Below are positions 1-9,006 of a DNA stretch of 50,247 bases, one piece after another. A program made the translations under genes and the position numbers. This DNA comes from Candidatus Parcubacteria bacterium. Lineage in GTDB: Bacteria > Patescibacteriota > Minisyncoccia > Minisyncoccales > PEYH01. Under the pieces are notes generated by a model, which was given only the letters and a program-made list of their open reading frames with translations, was not told where the DNA came from and made no database searches. Location of the stretch: contig JAPLYH010000051.1 in the NCBI GenBank assembly GCA_026395615.1, forward strand, positions 6,318 to 56,564, in the 5' to 3' direction. How positions within the stretch are numbered: the first letter of the stretch is position 1; each line of letters begins with the position of its first letter.

Positions 1-1
1 T

Positions 2-256
2 ATTTAATTTGTCTACGAATTTCTGTTCACGCTCCGTTTTCAAATCCATTCTATTTTCCGTAAACACTGCTTGTACTTCTTGAGGATTTAAATTAAATCT
101 ATCAGCTAATTTTTGTACTATAGCAGGAGTATTATCTGACCCATCTTCTGTCGCCGCAGAAACTACGTTGTATCCTATTAATCCTAATATAGTCACGGAA
201 ACTGTAACTATCACTAACAATGCGATTAATATAAGTCTAAATTTTTTATATTTCAT
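2..256 (-). CDS. Hypothetical secreted protein, partial (runs off window start)
   Basis: Not in ORF track. Read by hand from ATG at 256: MKYKKFRLILIALLVIVTVSVTILGLIGYNVVSAATEDGSDNTPAIVQKLADRFNLNPQEVQAVF..., with a signal-peptide-like N-terminus and no stop before the window edge. Confidence 0.8.
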   Translation of the reverse strand, partial: MKYKKFRLILIALLVIVTVSVTILGLIGYNVVSAATEDGSDNTPAIVQKLADRFNLNPQEVQAVFTENRMDLKTEREQKFVDKLN

Positions 257-301
257 ATATCATTTATATTTAATTAATCATCATTGTGACCTTTATATTA
301 T

Positions 302-330
302 TTAATACAACTTGATTAAAAATTTATTTC
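302..330 (-). promoter_or_regulatory. Putative ECF-sigma promoter, copy 3 (GAAATAAA-N12-TTGTATTAA)
   Basis: Same motif and spacing as at 4668-4696 and 6044-6072; lies upstream of the partial CDS. Confidence 0.55.
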
Positions 331-350
331 AACTATTAATCAATGGAACT

Positions 351-794
351 TTATTGAGTAGGATTTACTGGATTTTGCGGTCTAACTTGTATTGAATTAG
401 CCGTTACGCTGCCATCCTGATTTGCGGTACCATCAACTAAAATAGTTTTACTTATTGTCAAATCCTGAATTGTCCCAGCTACAGTTTTGCTAATATCTAT
501 ACTATTTGAATAAAAAATTATCTTTGACCCACCATCTTGAAGTTTTATGGTAACGCTTTTATCATCCTGAGCAATAACTTCTCCTGATATAAAATTGGCA
601 GTTCCTACTCTACTGCCTCTTGTCCCCGCAGCCATTCGTTGCTGGCGCTGTTCTGGCGTAAGATTTTGAAAATTTCCCAAGCCAAACCCAGTGGGACTCT
701 TTCCTTGCCCATATTTCATCCCGCCATAAAACATTAATCCTCCAACCACAATAATTACTGCTATTGATATTATGATTATTATTTTATTTTGCAT
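351..794 (-). CDS. Membrane-anchored hypothetical protein with DUF5666-like beta domain
   Basis: N-terminal TM helix; SGEVIAQDDKSVTIKLQDG...V.GTANQDGSVTANSIQV pattern; last gene of the MacAB-like operon. Confidence 0.7.
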   Translation of the reverse strand: MQNKIIIIISIAVIIVVGGLMFYGGMKYGQGKSPTGFGLGNFQNLTPEQRQQRMAAGTRGSRVGTANFISGEVIAQDDKSVTIKLQDGGSKIIFYSNSIDISKTVAGTIQDLTISKTILVDGTANQDGSVTANSIQVRPQNPVNPTQ

Positions 795-817
795 ATATTT
801 TTAAATTATTTTTAATT

Positions 818-2041
818 TTACTCGTACCTTAATGCTTCTATTGGATTAAGTGATGCTGCGCGCTTGGCGGGATAATATCCAAAAACAATTCCAATCGCTG
901 CGGAAACTCCAAATGCCAATATTATTGAAAATAAAGAAAGACTCGTTGAAACGCCTGCAAATTGTTTAATAAAAAATGAAATAAACCACCCTAGAAAAAT
1001 ACCTAAAAAGCCTCCGAAAAAAGTAAGAACTATTGACTCTGCCAAAAACTGCCTGCTTATATCTTTCCTTTTTGCGCCAATTGCTTTACGGAGTCCGATT
1101 TCACGAGTGCGCTCAGTGACTGTCGTAAGCATCATATTCATAATCCCAATACCACCAACTATGAGAGAGATACCGGCAATAGAAGCAAGTAAAATAGTCA
1201 TTGTATTCATCACCGTAGATGCGGTTTGCACAATATCCTGCTGGTTCAAAATTTGAAAATCTGCGAGTTGAGAATTTGATATATTATGCTTTTGTAATAA
1301 CAAATCAGTTATCTGTTGCTGAACCGTTGACATACTATTTTTATCTGCTGCCTCAACACTGATAGTTGTTAAATAATCATCCCCCGCAAGAAATCGTTGA
1401 GCTGTTGAAAGAGGAACAAATACAATATCATCTTGACTGCCAAATCCTGTGCCACCTTTAGACGTCGTAACTCCTATTACTTTAAAATCAACCTTATTAA
1501 TACGTATCGTCTGGCCAATAGGATTTACTCCCTCGCCAAAAAGATCATCTCTGACAGTTGGGCCAAGGACTACTACTTTTGATAAACTACGAACATTCTG
1601 CTCAGAGATAAAAGAACCAGTATCTATTTGAACATTCCTCACTTGAAGGTAATCTGCCACAGTCCCGACTACCTGCGTATTTGTATTATTTCCTTTAGCA
1701 GTTATCTGATACCTTCTAGATGTTTCTGGGGCAACGGCCTTAATGAGAGAGATATTCTGTTGAATCCCTTCCGCATCTGCTTGAGTTAATGTCTGGGCGG
1801 AACCACGACCAGCACTTACCTGAATACCAGTTCCTCGCTGAGCGCCAGGCATAATCAATATCAAATTAGATCCAATAGATTCAATACTTGATTCTATTGA
1901 GTTTTGAGCACCCTGTCCTATAGAAATCATTGCAATAACAGAGCCAATTCCTATGACTATGCCTAAAATCGTAAGTCCTGATCTGGCTTTATTAACGCTT
2001 ATCGCTGCAAAAGTTTCCTGTAAAATATCTTTTACATTCAT
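818..2041 (-). CDS. MacB/FtsX-family ABC transporter permease
   Basis: RSGLTILGIVIGI, GGIGIMNMMLTTVTERTREIGLRKAIGA, C-terminal PIEALRYE. Confidence 0.95.
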   Translation of the reverse strand: MNVKDILQETFAAISVNKARSGLTILGIVIGIGSVIAMISIGQGAQNSIESSIESIGSNLILIMPGAQRGTGIQVSAGRGSAQTLTQADAEGIQQNISLIKAVAPETSRRYQITAKGNNTNTQVVGTVADYLQVRNVQIDTGSFISEQNVRSLSKVVVLGPTVRDDLFGEGVNPIGQTIRINKVDFKVIGVTTSKGGTGFGSQDDIVFVPLSTAQRFLAGDDYLTTISVEAADKNSMSTVQQQITDLLLQKHNISNSQLADFQILNQQDIVQTASTVMNTMTILLASIAGISLIVGGIGIMNMMLTTVTERTREIGLRKAIGAKRKDISRQFLAESIVLTFFGGFLGIFLGWFISFFIKQFAGVSTSLSLFSIILAFGVSAAIGIVFGYYPAKRAASLNPIEALRYE

Positions 2042-2047
2042 AATTCA

Positions 2048-2758
2048 TTATTCACTATAATTAACAACTCTACTCTTGATATTTTTCTCATCTTCTATAA
2101 TTTCTCCATCTAAAATATGAATAATACGATTAGCATGCTCTGCCACATAGCGCTCATGAGTAATAAGAACAATCGTACGACTATATTCTTTATTTAATCT
2201 TTGGAAAGTATCTAATACTATCTCTCCTGTTTTAGTATCAAGATTTCCAGTTGGTTCATCCGCCAAAATGACTGAAGGATTATTAACTAAAGCTCTGGCA
2301 ATGGCGACTCTCTGCATCTGACCTCCGGAAAGTTGATTTGAGAGATGTTTCCATCTATCTTCCGAAAGTCCCGCAGAAATAAGAGATGCCCTCGCTCTCT
2401 CTTCCCGCTCTTTAGCGGGTACTCCCGCATACATTAAAGGAAGCTCTACATTTCGCAATACAGTTGTTCTTGGAAGCAAATTATATGACTGAAAAACGAA
2501 TCCGATTTTATCTCTTCTTATGTCGGCCAAGTCATTATCAGTCATACTGGAAACATCTTTATTATTAAAAAAATATTCACCCTTGGTAGGAGAATCAAGG
2601 GCTCCCAAAATATGCATCAAAGTTGATTTTCCTGAACCAGAAGGTCCCATAATGGCAACAAATTCTCCATCATTAATCTTAAAAGAAATTCCCTTAAGCA
2701 CGATGGTTTCTGTATTGCCATTTTTATAAACCTTAGTAATGTTTTTACATTCAATCAT
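2048..2758 (-). CDS. ABC transporter ATP-binding protein (LolD/MacB-type)
   Basis: Walker [10 protein letters not shown], signature LSGGQMQRV, Walker [12 protein letters not shown]. Confidence 0.96.
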   Translation of the reverse strand: MIECKNITKVYKNGNTETIVLKGISFKINDGEFVAIMGPSGSGKSTLMHILGALDSPTKGEYFFNNKDVSSMTDNDLADIRRDKIGFVFQSYNLLPRTTVLRNVELPLMYAGVPAKEREERARASLISAGLSEDRWKHLSNQLSGGQMQRVAIARALVNNPSVILADEPTGNLDTKTGEIVLDTFQRLNKEYSRTIVLITHERYVAEHANRIIHILDGEIIEDEKNIKSRVVNYSE

Positions 2759-2794
2759 AACTTTGATTCACTAATATTTTTATTTTCCAAAAAA

Positions 2795-4603
2795 TTACCG
2801 TTCACCGCCAAGGCCAGGCATTCGGAAACTACTACTTTGTGACTGTGTTTGTGCTGTGCTATTAGCGCTGATAGTTTGGGAAACCACCTGCTCACCTTCT
2901 TGGAGCCCATTTAAAATTTCAGTAAAAGAATCATTAGATAAGCCGATCTGAACCGATTGCTGTTGAGGAGAATTTTTTGAAACTACTCCCGAACTACTTT
3001 TTGCTATTTGGGATATATTATTTTTATCCAAAGGCAATATCTCTACGTAACTTATATCCCCCGATGATTTTACTGCTGAATTCGGAACCATTAATACATC
3101 TTGCCTTACATCTGTGATGACCGCGGCAGAAACACTCATACCAGGCCTTACTCTGTCATCTTGTGTATCAAAACCTATTTTAACGCCATACGATACCACT
3201 CCCTGAGAAATAGTTCCGAGAGTATCTACTTCCAATACTTCGCCAGTTATACTTAAACCATCAATTGCGTCAAAGGTAAGTGTCGCTTTTTGCCCGACCT
3301 TAATTTTCGCAATATCAACCTCATTGAGGGAAATTTCAGCTATTTTTTGCTTACTGATTAAGGTCGCAACAACTGCGCCGGAAGACACTGGTTCTCCTTT
3401 TTTAAAATTGATTTCTGCTACAATACCCTCAAAAGGCGCATAAGTGAAATAATCACTCAATTTTTCTTTGGCGTCTAATAAAGTATTCTCTCTCTGTTTA
3501 ATCGCCAACTCTTGCGTTCTAATATCAAGAGCATCAGCGCCTGCCTTTAAGTTAGCAAGCGATTCTGTTTTTTCAGCGATTGTCCTGTCAGTAGAGATTA
3601 TGGCTTCTTTATCATTTTCTATATTTGTTTTATAGGTAAGTAAATTAGATAAATGAGAATTGGTTTTGGAAGTATAGGTATTGAGATTAGATAAATGGGT
3701 ATCTGCTATGGCCTGAGGATTTAATCCGCGTTCAGTAAGCTTATCTTTATAAAACTGAATTAAATTATTAGCGCTCTTCACTGTTTCGGCAACATCTCTT
3801 GTTGTTTCGTAAGTTTGGCTTATCAACGACCCTATGACGGCCGTATCAGAAGTCCTGCTTGCAGATTTATAATCTGTAAAATTTTGGTTGTAGGAATCTC
3901 TGGCAACTTGATATTTAGAATCAGAATCACTGCTATACTCTAATGACTTATCATCATATTGTTTAACACTATCTCCATAATAATTAACGTTAGATTGGGT
4001 CCCGGAAAAATTATTTCCAAATAATATGCTTTGAAGACCTGTCATAATTGTTGGCAAATCTAAAAAAGTACTGGCCACTTCATTAAATCCGTCATCATAC
4101 GCTTTATTAAGATTATCTTCAGCATTTCTTTTTGATTCTTCGGCTTGAGCCAGAGAGTTTTCCGCCTGAAGAATTGAAAGATTATCCGCTGGTTGTTGTA
4201 ATTTTTCTAAAGATAACTTCGCGCTCTCCAAGTTTGCCTCCGCATCCCTAACTGACTTTTGGGCAACTTTTTCATCTAATTGTAATAGTAATGTCTTCGC
4301 CTTTACTTCTTGACCATTTATTACTCCAACATATACCGCATCACCGGAAGCATTGGCTTTTAAATCGACCTGATTTGAAGCAGATACCTGTCCGCTTCCA
4401 GAAACAGATGCAATTAAAGTTCCTTTTTCCACTGCTGCTAAAACATATTTTGTCTGATTATTATTTTTGCCACCAGCTGCTCTAATTGTAAAAAAAGCTA
4501 TTAAAATAATTGCCAATATAATGATACCGGCAATTAGTTTGTGCCTGGTCGCCCACTTAGATAATTTGTATAAAAAACTTTTAATCTTAGAAAATATTTT
4601 CAT
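2795..4603 (-). CDS. Efflux RND/MacA-type membrane fusion (periplasmic adaptor) protein with long coiled coil
   Basis: N-terminal TM, biotinyl-lipoyl-like segments, APFEGIV, LNEVDIAKIKVGQ, RPGMSV. Confidence 0.9.
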   Translation of the reverse strand: MKIFSKIKSFLYKLSKWATRHKLIAGIIILAIILIAFFTIRAAGGKNNNQTKYVLAAVEKGTLIASVSGSGQVSASNQVDLKANASGDAVYVGVINGQEVKAKTLLLQLDEKVAQKSVRDAEANLESAKLSLEKLQQPADNLSILQAENSLAQAEESKRNAEDNLNKAYDDGFNEVASTFLDLPTIMTGLQSILFGNNFSGTQSNVNYYGDSVKQYDDKSLEYSSDSDSKYQVARDSYNQNFTDYKSASRTSDTAVIGSLISQTYETTRDVAETVKSANNLIQFYKDKLTERGLNPQAIADTHLSNLNTYTSKTNSHLSNLLTYKTNIENDKEAIISTDRTIAEKTESLANLKAGADALDIRTQELAIKQRENTLLDAKEKLSDYFTYAPFEGIVAEINFKKGEPVSSGAVVATLISKQKIAEISLNEVDIAKIKVGQKATLTFDAIDGLSITGEVLEVDTLGTISQGVVSYGVKIGFDTQDDRVRPGMSVSAAVITDVRQDVLMVPNSAVKSSGDISYVEILPLDKNNISQIAKSSSGVVSKNSPQQQSVQIGLSNDSFTEILNGLQEGEQVVSQTISANSTAQTQSQSSSFRMPGLGGER

Positions 4604-4667
4604 AAATAAATTATTAAATATTAAAATATCAAAAAAGGATATTCATATTAAATATCCCCACAATATA

Positions 4668-4696
4668 TTACTACAATAAAAACCGATTTTTATTTC
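4668..4696 (-). promoter_or_regulatory. Putative ECF-sigma promoter, copy 2 (GAAATAAA-N12-TTGTAGTAA)
   Basis: Motif shared with 302-330 and 6044-6072; upstream of the adaptor gene start at 4603. Confidence 0.55.
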
Positions 4697-4711
4697 CTTA
4701 AAACAAAATCA

Positions 4712-5479
4712 CTATTTCAAATGCGGTTGCGACTTTGGTTCCTTGCGCCCATCAAATTGCGGAAAAAAAGATTCTCTCTCTTCTTCTATTTGGCGAATAC
4801 CAAAAGCACTAATAGATGAATCGCTTTCATCTCCCACAACCATAATCAAATCACCTTCTGACATTTCTTCATTTCTCTGTAAAATAGTTTCTGGTGAAAT
4901 AATTATTGTAAAAACTTCTCCTTTCTCATTTTTCATTATTATTTCTTCATCAGAAATAGTGGATATTTCTCCAATATGGATATTCGGAGAAGATTGCATA
5001 ATATGTGCCCGATAAAAAGGCTCTACAATGGGCATATTTCCCTCTGTTACTCCTCTAAATAATTGAGGGTGCATAGGTGTTAACGAAACTATAAAGCCCA
5101 CCAATAATACAAACACAATTATTCCTAAAATAGAATAAACTAATGGTTTTTTATAAACCCAAGAAAATTTCTCGGCTAAAAACTCTAATATTACTACTAA
5201 GACGAGTATAAAAACCAATAAAAACCACGGGAACCCTGCGAAGAAAATTCCTATACCCCGAGGGCCAAAACCAATTGTATGCCAAAGCCCGGTAGCGTGC
5301 ATTTTAAACATTATAAAACTAAAAATCAGCGCTCCTAGACAGAAAAATAAAATAATTCCTAATATAAAAAGCGCGGTCTTAAATAAAAACAAAACTTTCG
5401 GTGTCATATGTACCTCTTTGTCTTTTATTCTTTTCAAAATCTGCTCCTTTATATTGTTTTTCAGAGAATTATTGTCCAT
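4712..5479 (-). CDS. Multi-pass membrane protein, candidate anti-sigma factor
   Basis: Overlaps the sigma factor stop by 11 nt; about 3 TM helices plus an extracytoplasmic C-terminal beta domain; function inferred from position only. Confidence 0.6.
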   Translation of the reverse strand: MDNNSLKNNIKEQILKRIKDKEVHMTPKVLFLFKTALFILGIILFFCLGALIFSFIMFKMHATGLWHTIGFGPRGIGIFFAGFPWFLLVFILVLVVILEFLAEKFSWVYKKPLVYSILGIIVFVLLVGFIVSLTPMHPQLFRGVTEGNMPIVEPFYRAHIMQSSPNIHIGEISTISDEEIIMKNEKGEVFTIIISPETILQRNEEMSEGDLIMVVGDESDSSISAFGIRQIEEERESFFPQFDGRKEPKSQPHLK

Positions 5480-6026
5480 ATATTTTATTATAAATGGATT
5501 TTAATTTTTCTTTTCCCCTATTTAAACGGACGCCTACTGTTGGGATTGGCAAATGTAAAATATCTGCAATCTCTCTATAACTTAACTCTTCCAAGTAATA
5601 AAGAATAATCGGCTCTCGGTATTTTGGCTCCAGTTCGTTCAGGCATTTATCAATTATTTCTTGCATTTCCTGACGATTTAATTCCTTATCCGTCTCGTTG
5701 TCATGAATATGAACGATATGCGGAAAAAAGGTGTCAAAATCGAAGGAAGAAAAAAACTTCCTTTTTCGCAAATGATTAACTAACTCATTATGAGCGATTC
5801 TGTAGAGCCACGAAGAAAATTTCCTTTTAACATCAAAACTTTGAATATTAGTATATGCCTTTATAAAAATGCCTTGAATAATATCATCAGTATCTTCTTT
5901 ATTGGAAAGAAATTTTCGGGCGTAACGCCTGATTTTATCCTCGTATCTTTCAATCAAAATGCCAAAATAATCAGCCTTGCCTGATTGAATCAGATATACA
6001 ATTTCTTCATCGCTTTGCTCCGACAT
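5469..6026 (-). CDS. ECF RNA polymerase sigma factor (SigW/RpoE-like)
   Basis: Region 2 DDIIQGIFIKAY...FSSWLYRIAHN; region 4 LSYREIADILHLPIPTVGVRLNRGKEKL. Confidence 0.93.
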   Translation of the reverse strand: MSEQSDEEIVYLIQSGKADYFGILIERYEDKIRRYARKFLSNKEDTDDIIQGIFIKAYTNIQSFDVKRKFSSWLYRIAHNELVNHLRKRKFFSSFDFDTFFPHIVHIHDNETDKELNRQEMQEIIDKCLNELEPKYREPIILYYLEELSYREIADILHLPIPTVGVRLNRGKEKLKSIYNKIYGQ

Positions 6027-6043
6027 AAAGTATTATCTAATAA

Positions 6044-6072
6044 CTAATACAATTATTATACCTTTTTATTCC
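6044..6072 (-). promoter_or_regulatory. Putative ECF-sigma autoregulatory promoter, copy 1 (GGAATAAA-N12-TTGTATTAG)
   Basis: Immediately upstream of the sigma start at 6026; motif repeated twice downstream. Confidence 0.55.
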
Positions 6073-6830
6073 AAAATAATTATCCTGACATATCTCCAGC
6101 GATTATATTGGTCTTTAAAAAACTCAAAATTTTTATAACCTTCTTTTTTTAACAACCTGTTTATCTCTGGTTTTTGGAAGGAATCAAATTCAAGATAAAC
6201 TTTTCCATTCGGCTTTAAATAATTCTTCGCTTGTTTTAAAAATCTTTTTATATACAATAAACCATCTTTGCTTGCAAAAAGGGCATTTCGGGGCTCGTAT
6301 TTTAAAACTGACTCTTGTGCTTTCTTTTTACGCCCTTTAGCTATATATGGAGGGTTGACCAATACAAAATCGTATTTCTTTTTAATATTTTTAAAAATAT
6401 CTGTTTGAATAACTGCCGATTTTCTTTTATCTAATTTATTGAGCCGAAGATTAAACCTAATCTGCCATAAAAAATCTTTATCAATCTCACCAAAATCAAC
6501 CCGTGCATTAGGGACATTCTTAAGAACAGCAATTCCAATCGCCCCGCTTCCAGAAAACAAATCTAAACATTCTCGTTCATTTTTTCGTTTTTTTATCTCT
6601 TCAATCGCTTTTTCTACCCAATATTCTGTCTCTGGCCTGGGAATTAATGGTTTTTTCTTTAAATCAATTTTAGTCCCCAAAAACTCTGCAAAACCAATAA
6701 GATAATCCAATGGTTCTCCCCTTTTTAATTTTTCAATATCTGTCTTGGCTCTAGCGGTTAGCTTGCCTTGATATTTCTCTTTTAAAAGCCAATTAATTTG
6801 TTTTTCAAAGAATTCCTGTGATTTATTCAT
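6066..6830 (-). CDS. prmC: Release factor glutamine methyltransferase (HemK/PrmC)
   Basis: GEPLDYLIG, LIPRPETE, DLFSGSGAIG, NPPY; ATG at 6830 overlapping the rlmE stop preferred over the TTG at 6848. Confidence 0.92.
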   Translation of the reverse strand: MNKSQEFFEKQINWLLKEKYQGKLTARAKTDIEKLKRGEPLDYLIGFAEFLGTKIDLKKKPLIPRPETEYWVEKAIEEIKKRKNERECLDLFSGSGAIGIAVLKNVPNARVDFGEIDKDFLWQIRFNLRLNKLDKRKSAVIQTDIFKNIKKKYDFVLVNPPYIAKGRKKKAQESVLKYEPRNALFASKDGLLYIKRFLKQAKNYLKPNGKVYLEFDSFQKPEINRLLKKEGYKNFEFFKDQYNRWRYVRIIILE

Positions 6831-7419
6831 TTTTAAAAACTTTGGCAATTAAATAAAATAAATAAAATTCTCTGCTATATTTTCTTACTGCGCTCGGACG
6901 AAATGATTTAACAGAAATAAATAATGTTTTTATTTCTTTTAAAAACTCCGCTGTCCCCTCTCCTTCAAATATTTTGCAAATAAAAATTCCTCTTGGTTTG
7001 AGTGACTGTTTGACAATATCCAAGGCGGCTTTCCCCAGCTCTAATGATTTCGCCACATCTACGAAATGGACACCCGAGGTTCCTGGCGCTGCGTCAGAAA
7101 CTATCATATCAAATTTCTCTTCAAAATTATTCACAAGTTCCTTGATATCGCCCTTTATAAACTTCATATTTTCTTTAAGAGGAATTTTTAAATCAACTAT
7201 ATCAACACCGATTACTTTGCCCTTTCTGCCTACTTTTTCGCTAAGATAAATCATCCAGGAGCCAGGCGCGCATCCAATGTCTAAAATAAAATCACCTGGC
7301 TTAACAAGCCGGTATTTTTTATTTATCTCCTGTAGTTTATAAACTGACCGAGCTGGATAATTTTCCTCTTTAGCTTTTTTAAAATAAGAATCTTGTCTTG
7401 TATCTTTTTGTCTCTTCAT
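6823..7419 (-). CDS. rlmE: 23S rRNA U2552 2'-O-methyltransferase (FtsJ/RlmE)
   Basis: YPARSVYKLQEI, DIGCAPGSW, SDAAP, K-D-K-E tetrad pattern. Confidence 0.92.
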   Translation of the reverse strand: MKRQKDTRQDSYFKKAKEENYPARSVYKLQEINKKYRLVKPGDFILDIGCAPGSWMIYLSEKVGRKGKVIGVDIVDLKIPLKENMKFIKGDIKELVNNFEEKFDMIVSDAAPGTSGVHFVDVAKSLELGKAALDIVKQSLKPRGIFICKIFEGEGTAEFLKEIKTLFISVKSFRPSAVRKYSREFYLFYLIAKVFKNE

Positions 7420-7859
7420 TTGTTTTTTCTCTTATATTCAATATATTTTTTAATAGTCTCTCTAAAGGGTTTGGCTAAATCCATTTTAAATCCCTCTTCT
7501 GGGGTTACCCAGACATAATCAATAATTTCTTCGTTATCTAATTTTATATCATCGCTATTTTCTGATTTACATAAAAAGGCGAAAAAAATAACATGACCTG
7601 GTCGAAAAAATTCTTTTGAGTTTATAACCTCATTAAATGAGATTATTGTAATCGGCTCTACTTTTAAACCCACCTCCTCTAGGGCTTCTCTTTTAACGGT
7701 ATTTATCATTTTCTCTCCTGCCTCAATATGACCTCCTGGCATCACCCACTTATTAAACCATTTTGGAGATTTAACTAAAAGAAGCTTGTCTTCTTTGTCT
7801 TCTATTACAATTAGCACAACTATTTCAATTCCCTTGGGAAATTTATTATTTGTAGACAT
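7416..7859 (-). CDS. NUDIX hydrolase
   Basis: Nudix box GGHIEAGEKMINTVKREALEEVGL. Confidence 0.92.
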   Translation of the reverse strand: MSTNNKFPKGIEIVVLIVIEDKEDKLLLVKSPKWFNKWVMPGGHIEAGEKMINTVKREALEEVGLKVEPITIISFNEVINSKEFFRPGHVIFFAFLCKSENSDDIKLDNEEIIDYVWVTPEEGFKMDLAKPFRETIKKYIEYKRKNK

Positions 7860-7862
7860 ATT

Positions 7863-8904
7863 TTATATCTTAGATGAAAGTATTATCACTTTACTTCTTA
7901 TGAATTTATTTTTTATTAATTTTTTAACAATAAACAATATAACCTTAACCGCTGTTTTGTTGTGTTTTAATAAAGTTAAAGCGCTCTCTTGCATCTTTTT
8001 CACTTTTACCATTTTTTTCAATTCCTTCAAATTATAATCAGGGTTGATAATCTTATAAGCAATTTCTTTGCCAGAAAGTATAGCTGCGTAAATTCCTTCT
8101 CCAGTCACTCCATTTGCCAAACCAGCGGCATCACCGGCTAAAAAAAATATTACCAAACTCAACTCCCTGATAATCATAATTTATTAAAGCAGATTCAAAT
8201 TTATATTTTTTAACATCAATTCCGCGCTCTTGGCACCAATTATCAAATTCAACTTTTACATTATCGCTTTTGCTGAATTTTGGATTAATTCCTACTCCAA
8301 CTGAAGCAATCTCTCCTCTGGGAAAAATCCAAGCATAAGTCGGGCCAAATTTTTTATAATCAAAAAATACTTCCAGCTCGTCAAATTTTGAATCAGTAAC
8401 AAGATAATGCATTCCTGCCCCGACTTTTTCAAATTTCAGACCAAGAAATCTTCTGACAATAGAATTGCTTCCATCTGCGCCAATAAGATGTTTATAAAAT
8501 AATCTTTGCCCGTTTCTTAAAAAAACGCTTTGTTTATCTATTTTTACAACTTCTGAATTAAACTCAATTATTGCTCCTGCTTTTTGTGCTTCTTCCAACT
8601 GCCATTTTCCAATATCTTTCCTGTCGCAAGTCCAAATCCATGGGGTATTAAATTCAAATTTTGTGCAATGACCGTCTAAATGAAGATTCGCAGATTTAAA
8701 CTCTTTTGTTATTACGCTGTCCGGCACTCTAATCTTTTTAAAATCTTTAAGAGTAAGTCCTCCTGCACAGGGTTTATCTCCGGCTATACTATTTTTCTCA
8801 AGTATTAAAACTTTTTTATTGCGAGATGCCAAAACCTTTCCAGCAGTAAGCCCGGCTGGTCCAGCTCCGATTATTATTACGTCGTAAACATTTCCTGTTT
8901 CCAT
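7863..8904 (-). pseudogene. Geranylgeranyl reductase-family FAD-dependent oxidoreductase, split by a +1 frameshift in a T8 tract (about 346 aa if repaired)
   Basis: GAGPAG, KPCAGG, GADGSNS, YAWIFP in 8131..8904; LAGDAAGLANGVTGEGI in 7863..8177; removing one base from the run at 8140-8147 gives NIFLAGDAAG in frame. Confidence 0.85.
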
Positions 8905-8957
8905 ATTGATTTATTCTATCAAAAAAACATCAATTAAACTAATCGTAATACTTGTAG

Positions 8958-9004
8958 GAAACAAAGGGCGCCTCCTACTATTCCAACTAGAAGAGAAAGC
9001 GCCC
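8958..9004 (-). terminator. Terminator-like hairpin of GC-rich islet 1
   Basis: GGGCGCTTTCT...AGGAGGCGCCC followed by TTTGTTTC on the minus strand. Confidence 0.6.
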
Positions 9005-9006
9005 GA

